Assembly (NCBI GenBank): GCA_963825135.1
Contig: CAWGRW010000009.1
Coordinates: forward strand, 1,088,001 to 1,152,000
Reading direction: 5' to 3'
DNA length: 64,000 nucleotides
DNA from: an uncultured bacterium
GTDB lineage: Bacteria; Desulfobacterota_D; UBA1144; Nemesobacterales; UBA2774
Of this stretch, positions 36,057 through 47,350 are shown in pieces; within the stretch, counting starts at the first letter, position 1, and the number at the start of each line of letters is the position of its first letter. The translations under genes and the position numbers were made by a program. A model generated the notes under the pieces. The model saw only the letters and a program-made list of their open reading frames with translations, was not told the DNA's origin and searched no databases.

Positions 36057-38888
36057 TTGGAATCCATAAAAATCACCGGCGCCAGGGAACATAACCTTAA
36101 AGACATTTCCCTCAAGCTTCCCAGGAGAAAACTGGTCGTTATAACGGGGGTCAGCGGGTCTGGGAAGTCTTCCCTCGCGTTCGACACCCTTTTCGCCGAG
36201 GGACAGCGGAGGTACATGGAGTCCCTCTCCTCATATGCGCGTCAGTTCGTTGAGCAGATCGGGAAGCCCGACGTGGATTCCATCGAAGGTTTATCCCCGT
36301 CTATATCGGTCGATCAGAAGACGTTCCAGAGGAACCCGCGCTCGACAGTCGGCACGATTACCGAGATATACGATTTCCTGAGGCTCCTCTTCGCGCGGCT
36401 CGGCAAGCCCTACTGCTGCAATTGCGGGATAGAGATTTCCGCTCAGAGCCTCGACAGGATGACCGAGCGCGTGGCCGGGCTGGGGGTCGGAGAGAAGGTC
36501 TCTATATTCTCGCCGATAGTGCAGGGGAGGAAAGGGGAGTACAGAAAGGAGCTCGAAGAGCTCAGGAGAGAGGGCTTTTTAAAGGTAAGGATCGACGGGA
36601 AGCTCTGCGACCTGGATGAGGAGATAAAGCTCAACAAGCAGAAAAAGCACACCATAGAATTGCTCGTGGACGTAATCGTCATCCGTCCCGGTGAAACGCG
36701 GGGCAGGATAAACGAGTCTTTGAGACTGGCCCTCAGGCGTTCGGGAGGAGTGGCGAAGGCGGAGACGGCGTCGGGCGGTGTCCTCAGCCTGAGCGACAAG
36801 TTCGCGTGTCCCGAGTGCGGAATGAGCTACCCCGAGATTTCCCCCCGTCTCTTTTCGTTTAACAGCCCTTACGGCTCGTGCCCGACGTGTCAGGGTCTTG
36901 GTGAGACCTGGTTTTGCGACCCCGAGCTCCTGATCGACGAAGAGCTTTCGATCGAGGACGGGGCGATTATACCGTGGCGGAACTCCAATTATTTCAAAGA
37001 ATTAACGGAAAGCGTTTCGGAGTATTTCGGCATCGACACCCGGGTCCAGTTCGGGAAACTCCCTTCGAAGTTAAAAAAGATCATCATTCACGGCGCCGGC
37101 GACGAAGAGATACGGCTCAGCAGGAAAAGACGCGGACGGGTCCTCAAATACAGGGACACCTATGCCGGTGTCGCCGGGATAATCACCCAATGGTATAAGG
37201 AGACGGATTCCCCCCCGGTGCGTGAAAAGCTCGCCCAGTTCATGCGCACGGTCGAGTGTCCTGATTGTGCAGGCGCGAGGCTTAGAAAAGAAGCCCTTTC
37301 CATACTATTCGAAGGCAGATCCATTTACGACGTCATCACGATGTCATCCGAAACCTGTCTCGATTTCTTCAGCAGCCTGAATATGACGGCGAGGGAGAGG
37401 GAGATAGGCGACCGGATTACAAAGGAGATCATTTCCCGCCTGACGTTTTTAACCGACGTCGGGCTCGGCTACCTGACCCTCGACCGTCCCGCCCCGACGC
37501 TTTCAGGGGGTGAGGCCCAGAGGATAAGGCTTGCGACGCAGGTGGGCTCGAAGCTCACGGGCATAACGTACGTGCTCGACGAGCCCACTATCGGGCTCCA
37601 CCCGAGAGACAACGCAAGGCTTATAGATACGCTCAAATCGCTCAGGGACGGAGGCAATACGATAATAGTCGTCGAGCACGACGAAGAGACGATAAGAAGC
37701 GCCGATTTCATCGTCGACATCGGACCTGGCGCAGGCGAAAAGGGCGGCTGGATTGTGGCCGAGGGCAGCGTAAACGAGCTTATCCGTCACGGCGAGTCTC
37801 TCACAGGGAGTTATCTGTCGGGGAAGGTCAGGATACCGGTGCCGGCGGAAAGGAGAAAGCCGAAAGGATTTATCACTATAGAAGGCGCATCGGAGCACAA
37901 TTTAAAATATATAGACGCCCCTTTCCCTCTCGGGGTCTTCACCTGCGTCACGGGAGTATCCGGTTCGGGGAAGAGCACCCTCGTTATCGATACACTCTAC
38001 AATGCCCTCGGGAGGAAGCTCTACAGAAGTAAGGAGAGAGTCGGGAAATACGAAAGGCTGTCAGGCGCCGGCGAAATAGATAAGGTAGTTAACGTCGAGC
38101 AGAGCCCGATCGGCAGGACCCCGAGGTCAAACCCCGCTACATACACCGGGATCTTCGCCCCGATAAGGGACCTATACTCGATGCTCCCGCAGTCTAATAT
38201 AAGGGGATATAAGCCGGGCAGGTTCAGTTTTAACGTCGGCGAGGGAAGGTGCAGCGTCTGCCTCGGCCACGGCGTCGTGAAAATAGAGATGCATTTCCTG
38301 CCCGACGTGTACGTGACGTGCGAGCGGTGCGGAGGCAGCCGGTACAACTCCGAGACCCTGGAGGTCAGATACAACGATAAGAACATCGCGGAGGTCCTGG
38401 ACATGACGGTTAGCGAGGCTGCGGAGTTTTTCGCGAATGTCCCGCACCTGAAATCGAAGCTCGACGTCCTCGAAGCGGTAGGGCTCGAATATATCAGGCT
38501 CGGACAGCCCGCCACGACGCTCTCGGGCGGCGAGGCGCAGCGTATAAAACTCTCGAAGGAGCTCGCCCGACGCTCGACGGGCAGGACGCTCTACATACTC
38601 GATGAGCCTACGATCGGGCTTCATTTCGACGATGTGAGGAAGCTCCTCGAAGTCCTCGAGCGCCTCGCCGACACGGGGAATACGGTGATAGTGATCGAGC
38701 ACAACCTCGATGTGATTAAGTGCGCCGATCATGTGATCGATATGGGTCCCGAGGGAGGAGAGAACGGGGGACGCATAGTGGCCAGGGGTACGCCCGAGGA
38801 GGTATCGGCGTCGGAAGGGTCTTACACCGGAGTGTACCTCAGAGAGGTACTCGGCACGAAAAAACCCGGGCGGAGAAGGATGAACTAA
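36057..38888 (+). CDS. uvrA: Excinuclease ABC subunit A
   Basis: GAREHNLK, two GVSGSGKS, two LSGGEAQRI, zinc fingers; TTG start. Confidence 0.98.
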   Translation: MESIKITGAREHNLKDISLKLPRRKLVVITGVSGSGKSSLAFDTLFAEGQRRYMESLSSYARQFVEQIGKPDVDSIEGLSPSISVDQKTFQRNPRSTVGTITEIYDFLRLLFARLGKPYCCNCGIEISAQSLDRMTERVAGLGVGEKVSIFSPIVQGRKGEYRKELEELRREGFLKVRIDGKLCDLDEEIKLNKQKKHTIELLVDVIVIRPGETRGRINESLRLALRRSGGVAKAETASGGVLSLSDKFACPECGMSYPEISPRLFSFNSPYGSCPTCQGLGETWFCDPELLIDEELSIEDGAIIPWRNSNYFKELTESVSEYFGIDTRVQFGKLPSKLKKIIIHGAGDEEIRLSRKRRGRVLKYRDTYAGVAGIITQWYKETDSPPVREKLAQFMRTVECPDCAGARLRKEALSILFEGRSIYDVITMSSETCLDFFSSLNMTAREREIGDRITKEIISRLTFLTDVGLGYLTLDRPAPTLSGGEAQRIRLATQVGSKLTGITYVLDEPTIGLHPRDNARLIDTLKSLRDGGNTIIVVEHDEETIRSADFIVDIGPGAGEKGGWIVAEGSVNELIRHGESLTGSYLSGKVRIPVPAERRKPKGFITIEGASEHNLKYIDAPFPLGVFTCVTGVSGSGKSTLVIDTLYNALGRKLYRSKERVGKYERLSGAGEIDKVVNVEQSPIGRTPRSNPATYTGIFAPIRDLYSMLPQSNIRGYKPGRFSFNVGEGRCSVCLGHGVVKIEMHFLPDVYVTCERCGGSRYNSETLEVRYNDKNIAEVLDMTVSEAAEFFANVPHLKSKLDVLEAVGLEYIRLGQPATTLSGGEAQRIKLSKELARRSTGRTLYILDEPTIGLHFDDVRKLLEVLERLADTGNTVIVIEHNLDVIKCADHVIDMGPEGGENGGRIVARGTPEEVSASEGSYTGVYLREVLGTKKPGRRRMN

Positions 38889-38889
38889 A

Positions 38890-39690
38890 GTGGATCTTAT
38901 ACAGTCGATAATACTCGGTGCGATACAGGGGATAACGGAATTTCTTCCCATAAGCAGCACGGCGCACCTCGTGCTTCTCCCGTGGTTTTTTTCATGGAAA
39001 GACCCGGGCCTGCCCTTTAACGTCGCGCTCCACGTAGGGAGCCTCATCGCGATTATTTCCTATTTCTGGCGGGACTTGCTGCTGATAATAGGCGATCTCG
39101 TTAATGCCGTCGCCGAAAGGAGTTTCGAGGGACGCCCGAGCGGGAAGATCGGCATGTTCTTGCTGATAGCTACGGTTCCCGGGGCCTTGTCGGGATTCCT
39201 TTTCGAGGAGCAGGCGGCCGGGCTTCTGCGGAACCCTCTGTTTATCGCCTTCGCGCTTTCCGCTTTCGGACTGCTCCTTTTTATTTCCGACAGGTATTCT
39301 CGAAGGGATAAATCAATCGAGGACATTAATCTCACCGACTGTATGGTAATCGGCCTCGCTCAGGCGCTCGCGATCATTCCCGGCGTCTCGCGCTCGGGGA
39401 TAACGATCACCGGGGCGATGTTCAGGAACTTCAAACGCGACGAGGCGGCCAGATTCTCCTTTCTGCTCGCGGCTCCTCTCATAGCGGGCGCGGGCTTATT
39501 CGAAATCCGTCACCTCGCGTACACGGACGTGGTAGGCACGCCTTTTATAGCGGGATTTGTCACGTCCGCCGTTTTCTCCTTTCTCGCCATCAAATACCTG
39601 CTCAAATTCGTCAGAAAGCAGAGTTACACGCTTTTCGTCATATACCGTTTGATACTCGCGGTTCTTATTATATTTACGTACTTAAAATAA
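38890..39690 (+). CDS. uppP: Undecaprenyl-diphosphate phosphatase
   Basis: QGITEFLPISSTAH, PGVSRSG.TI. Confidence 0.96.
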   Translation: MDLIQSIILGAIQGITEFLPISSTAHLVLLPWFFSWKDPGLPFNVALHVGSLIAIISYFWRDLLLIIGDLVNAVAERSFEGRPSGKIGMFLLIATVPGALSGFLFEEQAAGLLRNPLFIAFALSAFGLLLFISDRYSRRDKSIEDINLTDCMVIGLAQALAIIPGVSRSGITITGAMFRNFKRDEAARFSFLLAAPLIAGAGLFEIRHLAYTDVVGTPFIAGFVTSAVFSFLAIKYLLKFVRKQSYTLFVIYRLILAVLIIFTYLK

Positions 39691-39731
39691 AGTCCCCGGC
39701 GTTGAGCCGTTTTTTGGTCAGGGTCTCCCTT

Positions 39732-40469
39732 ATGATAGCCATCCTCTCCGCACTCCCGGATGAGATCGATATTCTTGCAAGGGGCGTCCGCGTGCTCGAA
39801 GAGGGGGGCTCCGGCGAGACGCGTTATAAGTTCGGGGACATACACGGGAGAAAGGTCGTTCTCGGCAGCACCGGCGTCGGGATAAAGCGGGCGCGGGCGG
39901 GAGCGAGTATCGTCATTGAGAGGTATAAACCCGGTTTGATAATCAGCGCCGGACTCGGCGGCGCATTAAACAGCGGCCTCAGGGTCGGCGACGTCGTTCT
40001 CGGGGAGAGCGTGATAAGTTTAAAAAAGGGGGAAAGGAAGAATTTGTTCTGTGAACTCCCCGGGAACGATATGGCCTGTACGAGAGGCGACATACTTACG
40101 GAGAACAGGTTCGTGAACGATCCCGGGCTCAAGAGCAGGTTATACGGTATGTCCGGGGCTCACATTGTAGATATGGAGACCTGGGGGGTCGCCGAAGCCG
40201 TTCTTGTGAGCGCTACCCCTCTGATGTCCGTCCGTTCCGTCTCCGACGAATCCTGGGAAAGGCTCCCCGATATGGGAGCCATCTATAATTCCGCCGGGAG
40301 GCTCGCATTCGGCAAGGCTCTGCCCTACTTTCTGAGAAGGCCCACGCTGGTTCCACCTTATATCAGGTTCAGGTACGGCAGCTCTAAGAAAGCTGTCCGT
40401 TCGCTTAACGCATTCCTCGACTCTCTTCTGAGACGGATAGACGATCCCGCTTTCGGACATTCATCGTAA
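39732..40469 (+). CDS. Nucleoside phosphorylase family protein (MTA/SAH nucleosidase or HpnG-like)
   Basis: SAL..E, TGVG..RA, ISAG.GGAL, VDMET, VRSVSD; C-terminal LRRP..... helix. Confidence 0.8.
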   Translation: MIAILSALPDEIDILARGVRVLEEGGSGETRYKFGDIHGRKVVLGSTGVGIKRARAGASIVIERYKPGLIISAGLGGALNSGLRVGDVVLGESVISLKKGERKNLFCELPGNDMACTRGDILTENRFVNDPGLKSRLYGMSGAHIVDMETWGVAEAVLVSATPLMSVRSVSDESWERLPDMGAIYNSAGRLAFGKALPYFLRRPTLVPPYIRFRYGSSKKAVRSLNAFLDSLLRRIDDPAFGHSS

Positions 40470-40531
40470 ACATCCTTTTCCAGCCTTGATAAATCCTTTA
40501 CATGCATACTTATCGTAGCTAACCTGTTTCT

Positions 40532-42259
40532 ATGGATAGAATCCGGAATACATGCGCATACCTGCCGCTTCTTTTCCTCTTGTTCGTTATCGCTTCACCC
40601 TTAACGGGAGCGGCCGGCTCAGGCGACGTGCAGGCTGAGCGCGGAGACATCGTCGTGCTTACCGCTATGAAAGATGAGCTCGGGAGGTCGCAGAAAAAGC
40701 TTAAGCTCGAGGGCTATGAAGACCCCTATTTCATAAGCTACCAGATAAAGGACAACGCCTATTACACTATCGAAGGCAAATACGGCGCTATCGTGTCGTC
40801 GGACAGGAGCAGGATAAGGCGTCTTTTCGTCGATGTGCGAGTCGGGGACTACGGGTTCGACAATTCCATCGGCGGCAGGTCGGGCGGCGGTATCCCTTTT
40901 GACGGGGCCTCCTCCGTGCCTCTCGATAACGACCCCGCCGCCATAAGGACCGTACTCTGGCAGGTAACCGATTTCGCTTACAAGGAAGCGCTGGCGCAAT
41001 ATCTCAATAAAAAGGCTGAAGACGTACAGGAGGTCAAGGCTGAGGACTTCGGCAGTTTTTCCAAGGAAAAGAGCCATGTCTATTTCGGACCCGAGCTGAC
41101 TCTCAATTTCGATCCCGGCAAGTGGGAAGAGAACGTCAGGCAGGTCTCTTCGATCTATAAAGACTATAAAGATCTCCTCAATGCCGACCTTACGGTCACC
41201 GCACAGAAGGAAACCGTTTATTTCATCGACACGGAAGGCACGCAGTATGTAAGGGATGAAATCCTTTACTCCATAGACGCCGAGGTGACCGCGAGGGCCG
41301 ACGACGGCAAGGTCGTCGAGAACTACAGGAACCTCTACTACGTGACCCCCGAGGACATACCCCCCGTGGAGGCGCTGAAAAATACGATACGTGAAATGGT
41401 CGAAGAGACACTTAAAATGCGGCAGGCGGAGGCGCTGCCTCCGCTGAGCGTCCCGGCGCTCCTCGATCCCGAGGCCGCGGGCGTCGTGTTCCACGAGGCC
41501 GTGGGTCACAGGCTCGAAGGGGAGAGGCAGATAGACGAAGACGAGGGGCAGACCTTCAAGGAGAAGGTGGGGAAGAAGATAATCCCGGAATTCCTGTCTA
41601 TAATAGACGACCCGTCGATGAAGAGCTTTGAGGGGACCCACCTTATGGGTTACTACCCGTTCGACGACCAGGGCGTGCCCGGGCAAAGGACGGTGCTGGT
41701 CGAGAACGGCGTGCTTAAGAACTTCCTCATGTCGAGGACCCCGGTCGAGGGTTTTCAGAATTCAAACGGCCACGGGAGGGCCTCCTACGGGCAGGCGCCA
41801 TTAGCGAGGATGAGCAACACTATAATAGAGTCTTCGAAGGAATATCCGAGGGATAAGCTGAAGGAGCTACTGATTGAAGAAGTCAAGCGTCAGAATAAAC
41901 CCTTCGGGCTGATTATAAAGAGTATGAGAGGCGGGGAGACAAATACCTCTTCGTATAACTTCCAGGCCTTCAGAGGCACACCGCTCGTGCTTTACAAGGT
42001 CGACCCGGTGACCGGGGAAGAGACTCCCGTGAGGGACATCGAGATCGTCGGGACGCCTATAGTCACGGTCAATAAAATCATCGCGACCGGGGACGACTAC
42101 GCGGTATTCAACGGGTTCTGCGGGGCCGAGTCGGGCTACATCCCGGTCTCCACCGTCGCGCCGAGCATTCTCGTCTCCGAGATGGAGTTCCAGCGCGAGT
42201 CCTCGCGAAAGGAAAAACCGCCGCTCCTTCCGCCGCCCGCTTTCGACACGGTGAAATAG
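40532..42259 (+). CDS. TldD/PmbA family metalloprotease with N-terminal signal peptide
   Basis: HEAVGH zinc motif, DDQG, SNGHGR, RMSN, CG..SG..PVS; hydrophobic leader. Confidence 0.88.
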   Translation: MDRIRNTCAYLPLLFLLFVIASPLTGAAGSGDVQAERGDIVVLTAMKDELGRSQKKLKLEGYEDPYFISYQIKDNAYYTIEGKYGAIVSSDRSRIRRLFVDVRVGDYGFDNSIGGRSGGGIPFDGASSVPLDNDPAAIRTVLWQVTDFAYKEALAQYLNKKAEDVQEVKAEDFGSFSKEKSHVYFGPELTLNFDPGKWEENVRQVSSIYKDYKDLLNADLTVTAQKETVYFIDTEGTQYVRDEILYSIDAEVTARADDGKVVENYRNLYYVTPEDIPPVEALKNTIREMVEETLKMRQAEALPPLSVPALLDPEAAGVVFHEAVGHRLEGERQIDEDEGQTFKEKVGKKIIPEFLSIIDDPSMKSFEGTHLMGYYPFDDQGVPGQRTVLVENGVLKNFLMSRTPVEGFQNSNGHGRASYGQAPLARMSNTIIESSKEYPRDKLKELLIEEVKRQNKPFGLIIKSMRGGETNTSSYNFQAFRGTPLVLYKVDPVTGEETPVRDIEIVGTPIVTVNKIIATGDDYAVFNGFCGAESGYIPVSTVAPSILVSEMEFQRESSRKEKPPLLPPPAFDTVK

Positions 42260-42406
42260 GGGAAATTCGTATCTCCCCTCAATGGCCTTGTCACTCTTCC
42301 TTCTAAGGGGTTATTATTCGAGAGTGGGAATTTCTTTTAGGTAAACCACAAATAGTTTTTCAGCACGGAATAAGAATTCATTTGACCGGTGTAAAAAATC
42401 ATTCGG

Positions 42407-43939
42407 ATGACATCTGAGAAAAACAGGAAGTGGTGGGCGCTATCCGGGTTGAGCATGGCGTGCCTAATCGGCTATCTCGATTTCGCGATCGTTAATACGG
42501 CCCTGCCGGATATACAGAAGGAGCTCCGCGTCGGCTTTGGAGAACTGCAGTGGGTAATGAACGTATTCGTTCTCGCCCTCAGCATATTCATGGTCAACAT
42601 GGGGAGGTTCGGCGATACATTCGGCAGGAGGCCCCTGCTCTATCTCGGTCTCGCGTTATTCGGCATTGCTTCGCTCTTTTCAGGGCTGGCGTCAAACGGC
42701 CTCGTCCTCATAGCTTTCCGGGCGCTCCAGGGTGCGGGGCTCGCGATGATAATCCCATCTTCTCTGGCGCTCATTTCAGACACTTTCCCTCAGGGGGAGA
42801 GGGGGCGGGCGATCGGCATCTGGACGAGCGTTACGGGGCTGGGTGTGGCGCTCGGTCCCGTTCTCGGCGGCATTATAACGAGCGCACTCAGCTGGAGGTG
42901 GATATTTTTCGTCAACATACCCATATTGACGGTCGCTGCGGCTATTTGTCTTATCAGTGTAAAAGAATCAGTCCGGGGGGAAGGGGAGAAAACTATAGAC
43001 TGGTACGGGTTCTTTCTGATGATGATAGGAATAGGTGCGCTGGTTTCCGCAATTATACAGGGCCCCGAGTGGGGCTGGCATTCGGCTATGACTATATTGC
43101 TATTTCTCGTATCCGCAATTTCCCTGGCATCGCTGTACCTTGTCGAATGCAGGGTGAAATCCCCGATCATCGATTTCAAACTGTTTATGTCGCGGGGCTT
43201 CCTCTCGGGGGCTTTCGCCAATTTCACGCTCGTGGCGTTCGGCTATTCCGCGTTTTTTCTGATGCCTCTTTACCTGGGGGACATTCTGAGGAAAGAGGCT
43301 TTCGAAATAGGCCTGCTCCTCCTGCCTATAACGGTGCTGATCGTGCTCGTCGCCCCGGTTGCGGGCAGGGTGGTCGATTCAAGGGGGGCCAAGCTCCCGA
43401 TCCTGGCGGGCTTGTCCGCCCTGGCTCTCAATGCCCTGATACAGGCCACCTTTAAGCCCGACAGCTCATTAATTTACATCGTTTTCGGGTTCCTGTTCAT
43501 GGGGTTGGGATGGGGCTCCATATTCGGCTCGGGGGCTTTCGCCGCTATCTCATCGTTGCCGAAGGATCTGGCCGGAACAGCGACAGGGGCGCTATGGACG
43601 TTCCAGAATCTGGGGGGCTCGATAGGGCTTGCGGTCGCGGGCGTTATTTTCAGGCTGGAAGAGAGGTTGTCGATGGAAAGCGGCTTATCCTCAGCCGGTG
43701 TAGAGCTCACCGGGCAGCAGCAGGATCTTATAAGGACAATTTTGTCGGACCCTGAAAGAGCGAGGCACGTCCTGAGCCGGTTCACGGACGCGATGTCCGG
43801 TCGTATACTCCCTGTCTTCGAGAACGCTTTCATGAAAGGGTACTCTTCAGCGTTCATATTCCTCCTCTGCCTTACCGCCGGGGCCTTTATCCTTATAGCT
43901 TTAATTATGAAGGACATTAAGAGAGAGAAAACCGGTTAA
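42407..43939 (+). CDS. DHA2-type (14 TM) MFS efflux transporter
   Basis: D..IVN.ALP.I, GR.GD.FGRR, RALQG.G, GP.LGG, WRWIF.VN.P. Confidence 0.93.
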   Translation: MTSEKNRKWWALSGLSMACLIGYLDFAIVNTALPDIQKELRVGFGELQWVMNVFVLALSIFMVNMGRFGDTFGRRPLLYLGLALFGIASLFSGLASNGLVLIAFRALQGAGLAMIIPSSLALISDTFPQGERGRAIGIWTSVTGLGVALGPVLGGIITSALSWRWIFFVNIPILTVAAAICLISVKESVRGEGEKTIDWYGFFLMMIGIGALVSAIIQGPEWGWHSAMTILLFLVSAISLASLYLVECRVKSPIIDFKLFMSRGFLSGAFANFTLVAFGYSAFFLMPLYLGDILRKEAFEIGLLLLPITVLIVLVAPVAGRVVDSRGAKLPILAGLSALALNALIQATFKPDSSLIYIVFGFLFMGLGWGSIFGSGAFAAISSLPKDLAGTATGALWTFQNLGGSIGLAVAGVIFRLEERLSMESGLSSAGVELTGQQQDLIRTILSDPERARHVLSRFTDAMSGRILPVFENAFMKGYSSAFIFLLCLTAGAFILIALIMKDIKREKTG

Positions 43940-43999
43940 TTAATCGCGTGTACAAATCAGGACTAAAATCTCTAGTCCGGGATATACGGAGGTCTCATA

Positions 44000-44752
44000 A
44001 TGAAAAACGATATTCCCCGAATGCCCGAGCCGGTTGAGAACGGGATGATGATCCCGACATTGGACCGTCAGGGATGGATCTGGCTGTATAAGGACGAGAT
44101 AACGGAGTCTTATATCGATTATTCTGCCAAGACCAGGGGGTTGATGCTGGAGGTAGGTGCGGGATACGGTCACATCGTTTTAGAGGTTTTGAAAACAGGG
44201 GCGCGCGTTATTGCGGTCGAGATTTCTAAGGAGCAGCTCGCAATTATAAAACGCCGGGCTGCTGAGAGCCGGCTTTCCGGACTGGAAACCATCAATGCAG
44301 AATTCCCCGAAAAATTAGATCTGCCCGGGGACGCAATCGACGGAATCCTAATCTCTCGCGTCTTTCATTTTTTCACCGGAAGCAGGATAAGAGAGAGCCT
44401 TCGAAAGATTCATAGCTGGCTCAGGCCCGGGGGGAAGGTCTTTATAGTGACGGACTCGGTCTACAGGACGATTTTCAGAGAGCTTATTCCGCAATACGAG
44501 AAAAACGTCTCGGGCGGGGTCGAGTGGCCCGGCTGGGTGGATGACGTGCGCAGGCTCGTACCGAAAGGGAGGATCGACCCCGAAACCCAGCCATTGGCGA
44601 TGAACCTGATGGATCCCGCAATAATACGGCGGGAGCTGGTCTTGGCCGGATTCGAAGTGGAGGTGTCTTCCTTTTTTAAATACGCGGCTGAACCTGATTA
44701 TGCGAGACTCGACGGTCGGGAGATCACGGGCGCAATAGGAATAAAGGTCTAA
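44000..44752 (+). CDS. Class I SAM-dependent methyltransferase
   Basis: LEVGAGYG, AVEIS, V.HF, L.PGGK. Confidence 0.88.
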   Translation: MKNDIPRMPEPVENGMMIPTLDRQGWIWLYKDEITESYIDYSAKTRGLMLEVGAGYGHIVLEVLKTGARVIAVEISKEQLAIIKRRAAESRLSGLETINAEFPEKLDLPGDAIDGILISRVFHFFTGSRIRESLRKIHSWLRPGGKVFIVTDSVYRTIFRELIPQYEKNVSGGVEWPGWVDDVRRLVPKGRIDPETQPLAMNLMDPAIIRRELVLAGFEVEVSSFFKYAAEPDYARLDGREITGAIGIKV

Positions 44753-44890
44753 GCATTTTTAATTCCATCGGAATTCGACCCGAACGGCCGCCGATTAAAG
44801 CCTCATCATCGAAATCTTCTTCAAATCCCCGGCGAATTTTGTTAGTATAGAGTATCTTACTGCCTATGTATTTCTCTTAAGGGGGTCAAT

Positions 44891-46846
44891 ATGGCTGACG
44901 TCGAAAAAACTATCGAGGACTTGCTTATCGAAGGCCGCACCTTTGCGCCCGGCAAGAAACTGAGAAAGAACGCCAACATAAAGGACGAGTCGGTTTATAA
45001 AAAAGCCGCCCGGAACAATGAAAAATTCTGGGCGAACTTCGCGAAAGAGCTCGACTGGTTCAAAAAATGGAGAAAGGTACTCAAGTGGAAGGTCCCCCAT
45101 TCAAAATGGTTCATCGGCGGCAAGCTGAACGTCTCGTACAACTGTATCGACAGGCACATTAATACGGCGAGAAAGAATAAAGCCGCGATAATATGGGAGG
45201 CGGAATCCGGGGAGAGCGTCACTCTCACATACGGGCAGCTCTACAGGGAGGTAAATAAGTTCGCCAATGTGCTCAAGGCGCTCGGCGTCAAGAGGGGGGA
45301 CAGGATTACGATATACCTGCCGATGATCCCCGAGCTCGCAATCGCCATGCTCGCCTGCACGAGGATAGGAGCGCCCCACAGCATCGTATTCGGAGGGTTC
45401 AGCGCGGAGAGCCTCAAGGACAGGATCAACGATTCGCAGGCGCGGGTGCTGATAACGTCTGACGGCGGGTACAGAAGGGGAGGGCTGGTGCCGCTTAAGA
45501 AGAACGCCGACGATGCGCTCACTGATACGCCGAGCATCGAAAAGGTCGTCGTCGTAAAAAGGGTCGGGGACAAGGCCGACATCAAGATGAAGAAGGGGAG
45601 AGACCTCTGGTGGCACGAGCTCATGGAGAAGGCGCCTTCTTATTGCGAGCCTGAACAAATGGACAGCGAGGATATGCTCTTCATGCTCTATACGAGCGGG
45701 ACTACCGGAAAGCCCAAGGGCATAGTCCACACGACCGGAGGCTATCTGGTGGGCGTTTACGCGACCACCAAATGGGTGTTCGACCTGAAGGAGGAGGACA
45801 CGTTCTGGTGCACGGCGGACATCGGGTGGGTGACCGGCCACAGCTACATCATCTACGGCCCTCTGGCCAACGGCGCGACGTCGCTGATGTACGAAGGCGC
45901 GCCCGACTACCCGGACATCGGCAGGTTCTGGGCGATAGTCGAAAAATACCGCGTGAATATCTTTTATACCGCCCCTACCGTGATCAGGACCTTTATGAGG
46001 TGGGGCGAGGAATATCCGAAAAAATACGACCTCAGCTCGCTCCGCCTCCTGGGTTCTGTCGGGGAGCCGATAAACCCCGAGGCCTGGATGTGGTACTACA
46101 ACCATATCGGAAGAGGCATGTGTCCGGTAGTCGATACGTGGTGGCAGACCGAGACGGGCTCGATACTCATTACCCCCCTGCCCGGCATCACCAAATTAAA
46201 GCCTGGCTCGGCCACAAAGCCGTTTCCGGGCATCGTAGCGGACATAGTCGACGAGAACGGGAAGACGATCAAGGAGGGAGCTGGATATCTCGTGCTAAGG
46301 AACCCATGGCCCTCCATGCTGAGGACGATATACGGCGATCCGAAGCGCTATGTCGATCACTACTGGAGCAGGTTCCCGGGCGTCTATTTTACCGGAGACG
46401 GGGCCAAGCGGGACAAGGACGGGTACTTCTGGCTCCTCGGGCGCGTGGACGACGTTATGAACGTGGCTGGGCACAGGATAAGCACGATGGAGGTGGAGAG
46501 CGCCCTCGTCGATCACCCTTCAGTCGCCGAGGCTGCCGTAATCGGAAGGCACGACGAGCTCAAGGGACAGGCCATAGTGGCGTTCACCACGCTTAAGAAG
46601 AGCGCCAGGCATGATAAGGATATTATAGACGAGCTGAGGAACCACGTGGTTAAGAAAATAGGCGCGATAGCGAAGCCCGACGAGATAATCTTTACGGCTG
46701 AGCTTCCGAAGACCAGGAGCGGGAAGATTATGAGGAGACTCCTCAAGAATATCGCCGAAGGGGCTGTGCTCGGAGATACTACCACGCTTGCCGATCCGAC
46801 GGTAGTTCAGAACCTGAAAGACCAGTACGAGCACCTCGAGGGTTAA
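44891..46846 (+). CDS. acs: Acetyl-CoA synthetase
   Basis: [55 protein letters not shown]. Confidence 0.98.
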   Translation: MADVEKTIEDLLIEGRTFAPGKKLRKNANIKDESVYKKAARNNEKFWANFAKELDWFKKWRKVLKWKVPHSKWFIGGKLNVSYNCIDRHINTARKNKAAIIWEAESGESVTLTYGQLYREVNKFANVLKALGVKRGDRITIYLPMIPELAIAMLACTRIGAPHSIVFGGFSAESLKDRINDSQARVLITSDGGYRRGGLVPLKKNADDALTDTPSIEKVVVVKRVGDKADIKMKKGRDLWWHELMEKAPSYCEPEQMDSEDMLFMLYTSGTTGKPKGIVHTTGGYLVGVYATTKWVFDLKEEDTFWCTADIGWVTGHSYIIYGPLANGATSLMYEGAPDYPDIGRFWAIVEKYRVNIFYTAPTVIRTFMRWGEEYPKKYDLSSLRLLGSVGEPINPEAWMWYYNHIGRGMCPVVDTWWQTETGSILITPLPGITKLKPGSATKPFPGIVADIVDENGKTIKEGAGYLVLRNPWPSMLRTIYGDPKRYVDHYWSRFPGVYFTGDGAKRDKDGYFWLLGRVDDVMNVAGHRISTMEVESALVDHPSVAEAAVIGRHDELKGQAIVAFTTLKKSARHDKDIIDELRNHVVKKIGAIAKPDEIIFTAELPKTRSGKIMRRLLKNIAEGAVLGDTTTLADPTVVQNLKDQYEHLEG

Positions 46847-46875
46847 ATACCGGCCTGCCTCTGATAATGAGGCGG

Positions 46876-47295
46876 TTAATCCGCGGCGTCGGGAGGGGTT
46901 GTGTCGGCCTTATGATTCCTGAATTTCTCTATATCGTTTTTCGCCGACGCCACGACGAACCCTATAACGCTCGCGTCATCCAGAAGCCCTGCTGCGGGCA
47001 ATATGTCCGGTATCGCGTCGAACGGGTTTACGAAGTAAAGGACCGCGCCCGTCCCGAGAAGTAACGTTCTCCAGGGCACATCCCTGTACTCACCCCTTAT
47101 CCAGGCCCTGAGAAGCTCGACAAGCGTTTCTATGTCGCTCTTTACGGAGGAAAGCCTGGCGCCGCCCGATTCTATTTTGGCGGATGCCGAGCCTATGAGG
47201 TTGATCAAGGCTCTTCTGTCGTTTAACAGAGAGCCGGCCATTGTGACGGCTTTCAAGATATAGGGGTCCAGCCTGATTTGTGAGTTAATCCGCAT
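46876..47295 (-). CDS. YkvA/DUF1232 family protein
   Basis: G.Y...PW, LYF..P.D.IPD.LP..GLLDD; start uncertain. Confidence 0.88.
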   Translation of the reverse strand: MRINSQIRLDPYILKAVTMAGSLLNDRRALINLIGSASAKIESGGARLSSVKSDIETLVELLRAWIRGEYRDVPWRTLLLGTGAVLYFVNPFDAIPDILPAAGLLDDASVIGFVVASAKNDIEKFRNHKADTTPPDAAD

Positions 47296-47350
47296 TGAGA
47301 TTAAATATAATCAGAGCCGGCGTGGATTCCAGTATTGTTTTGTACCGGGC

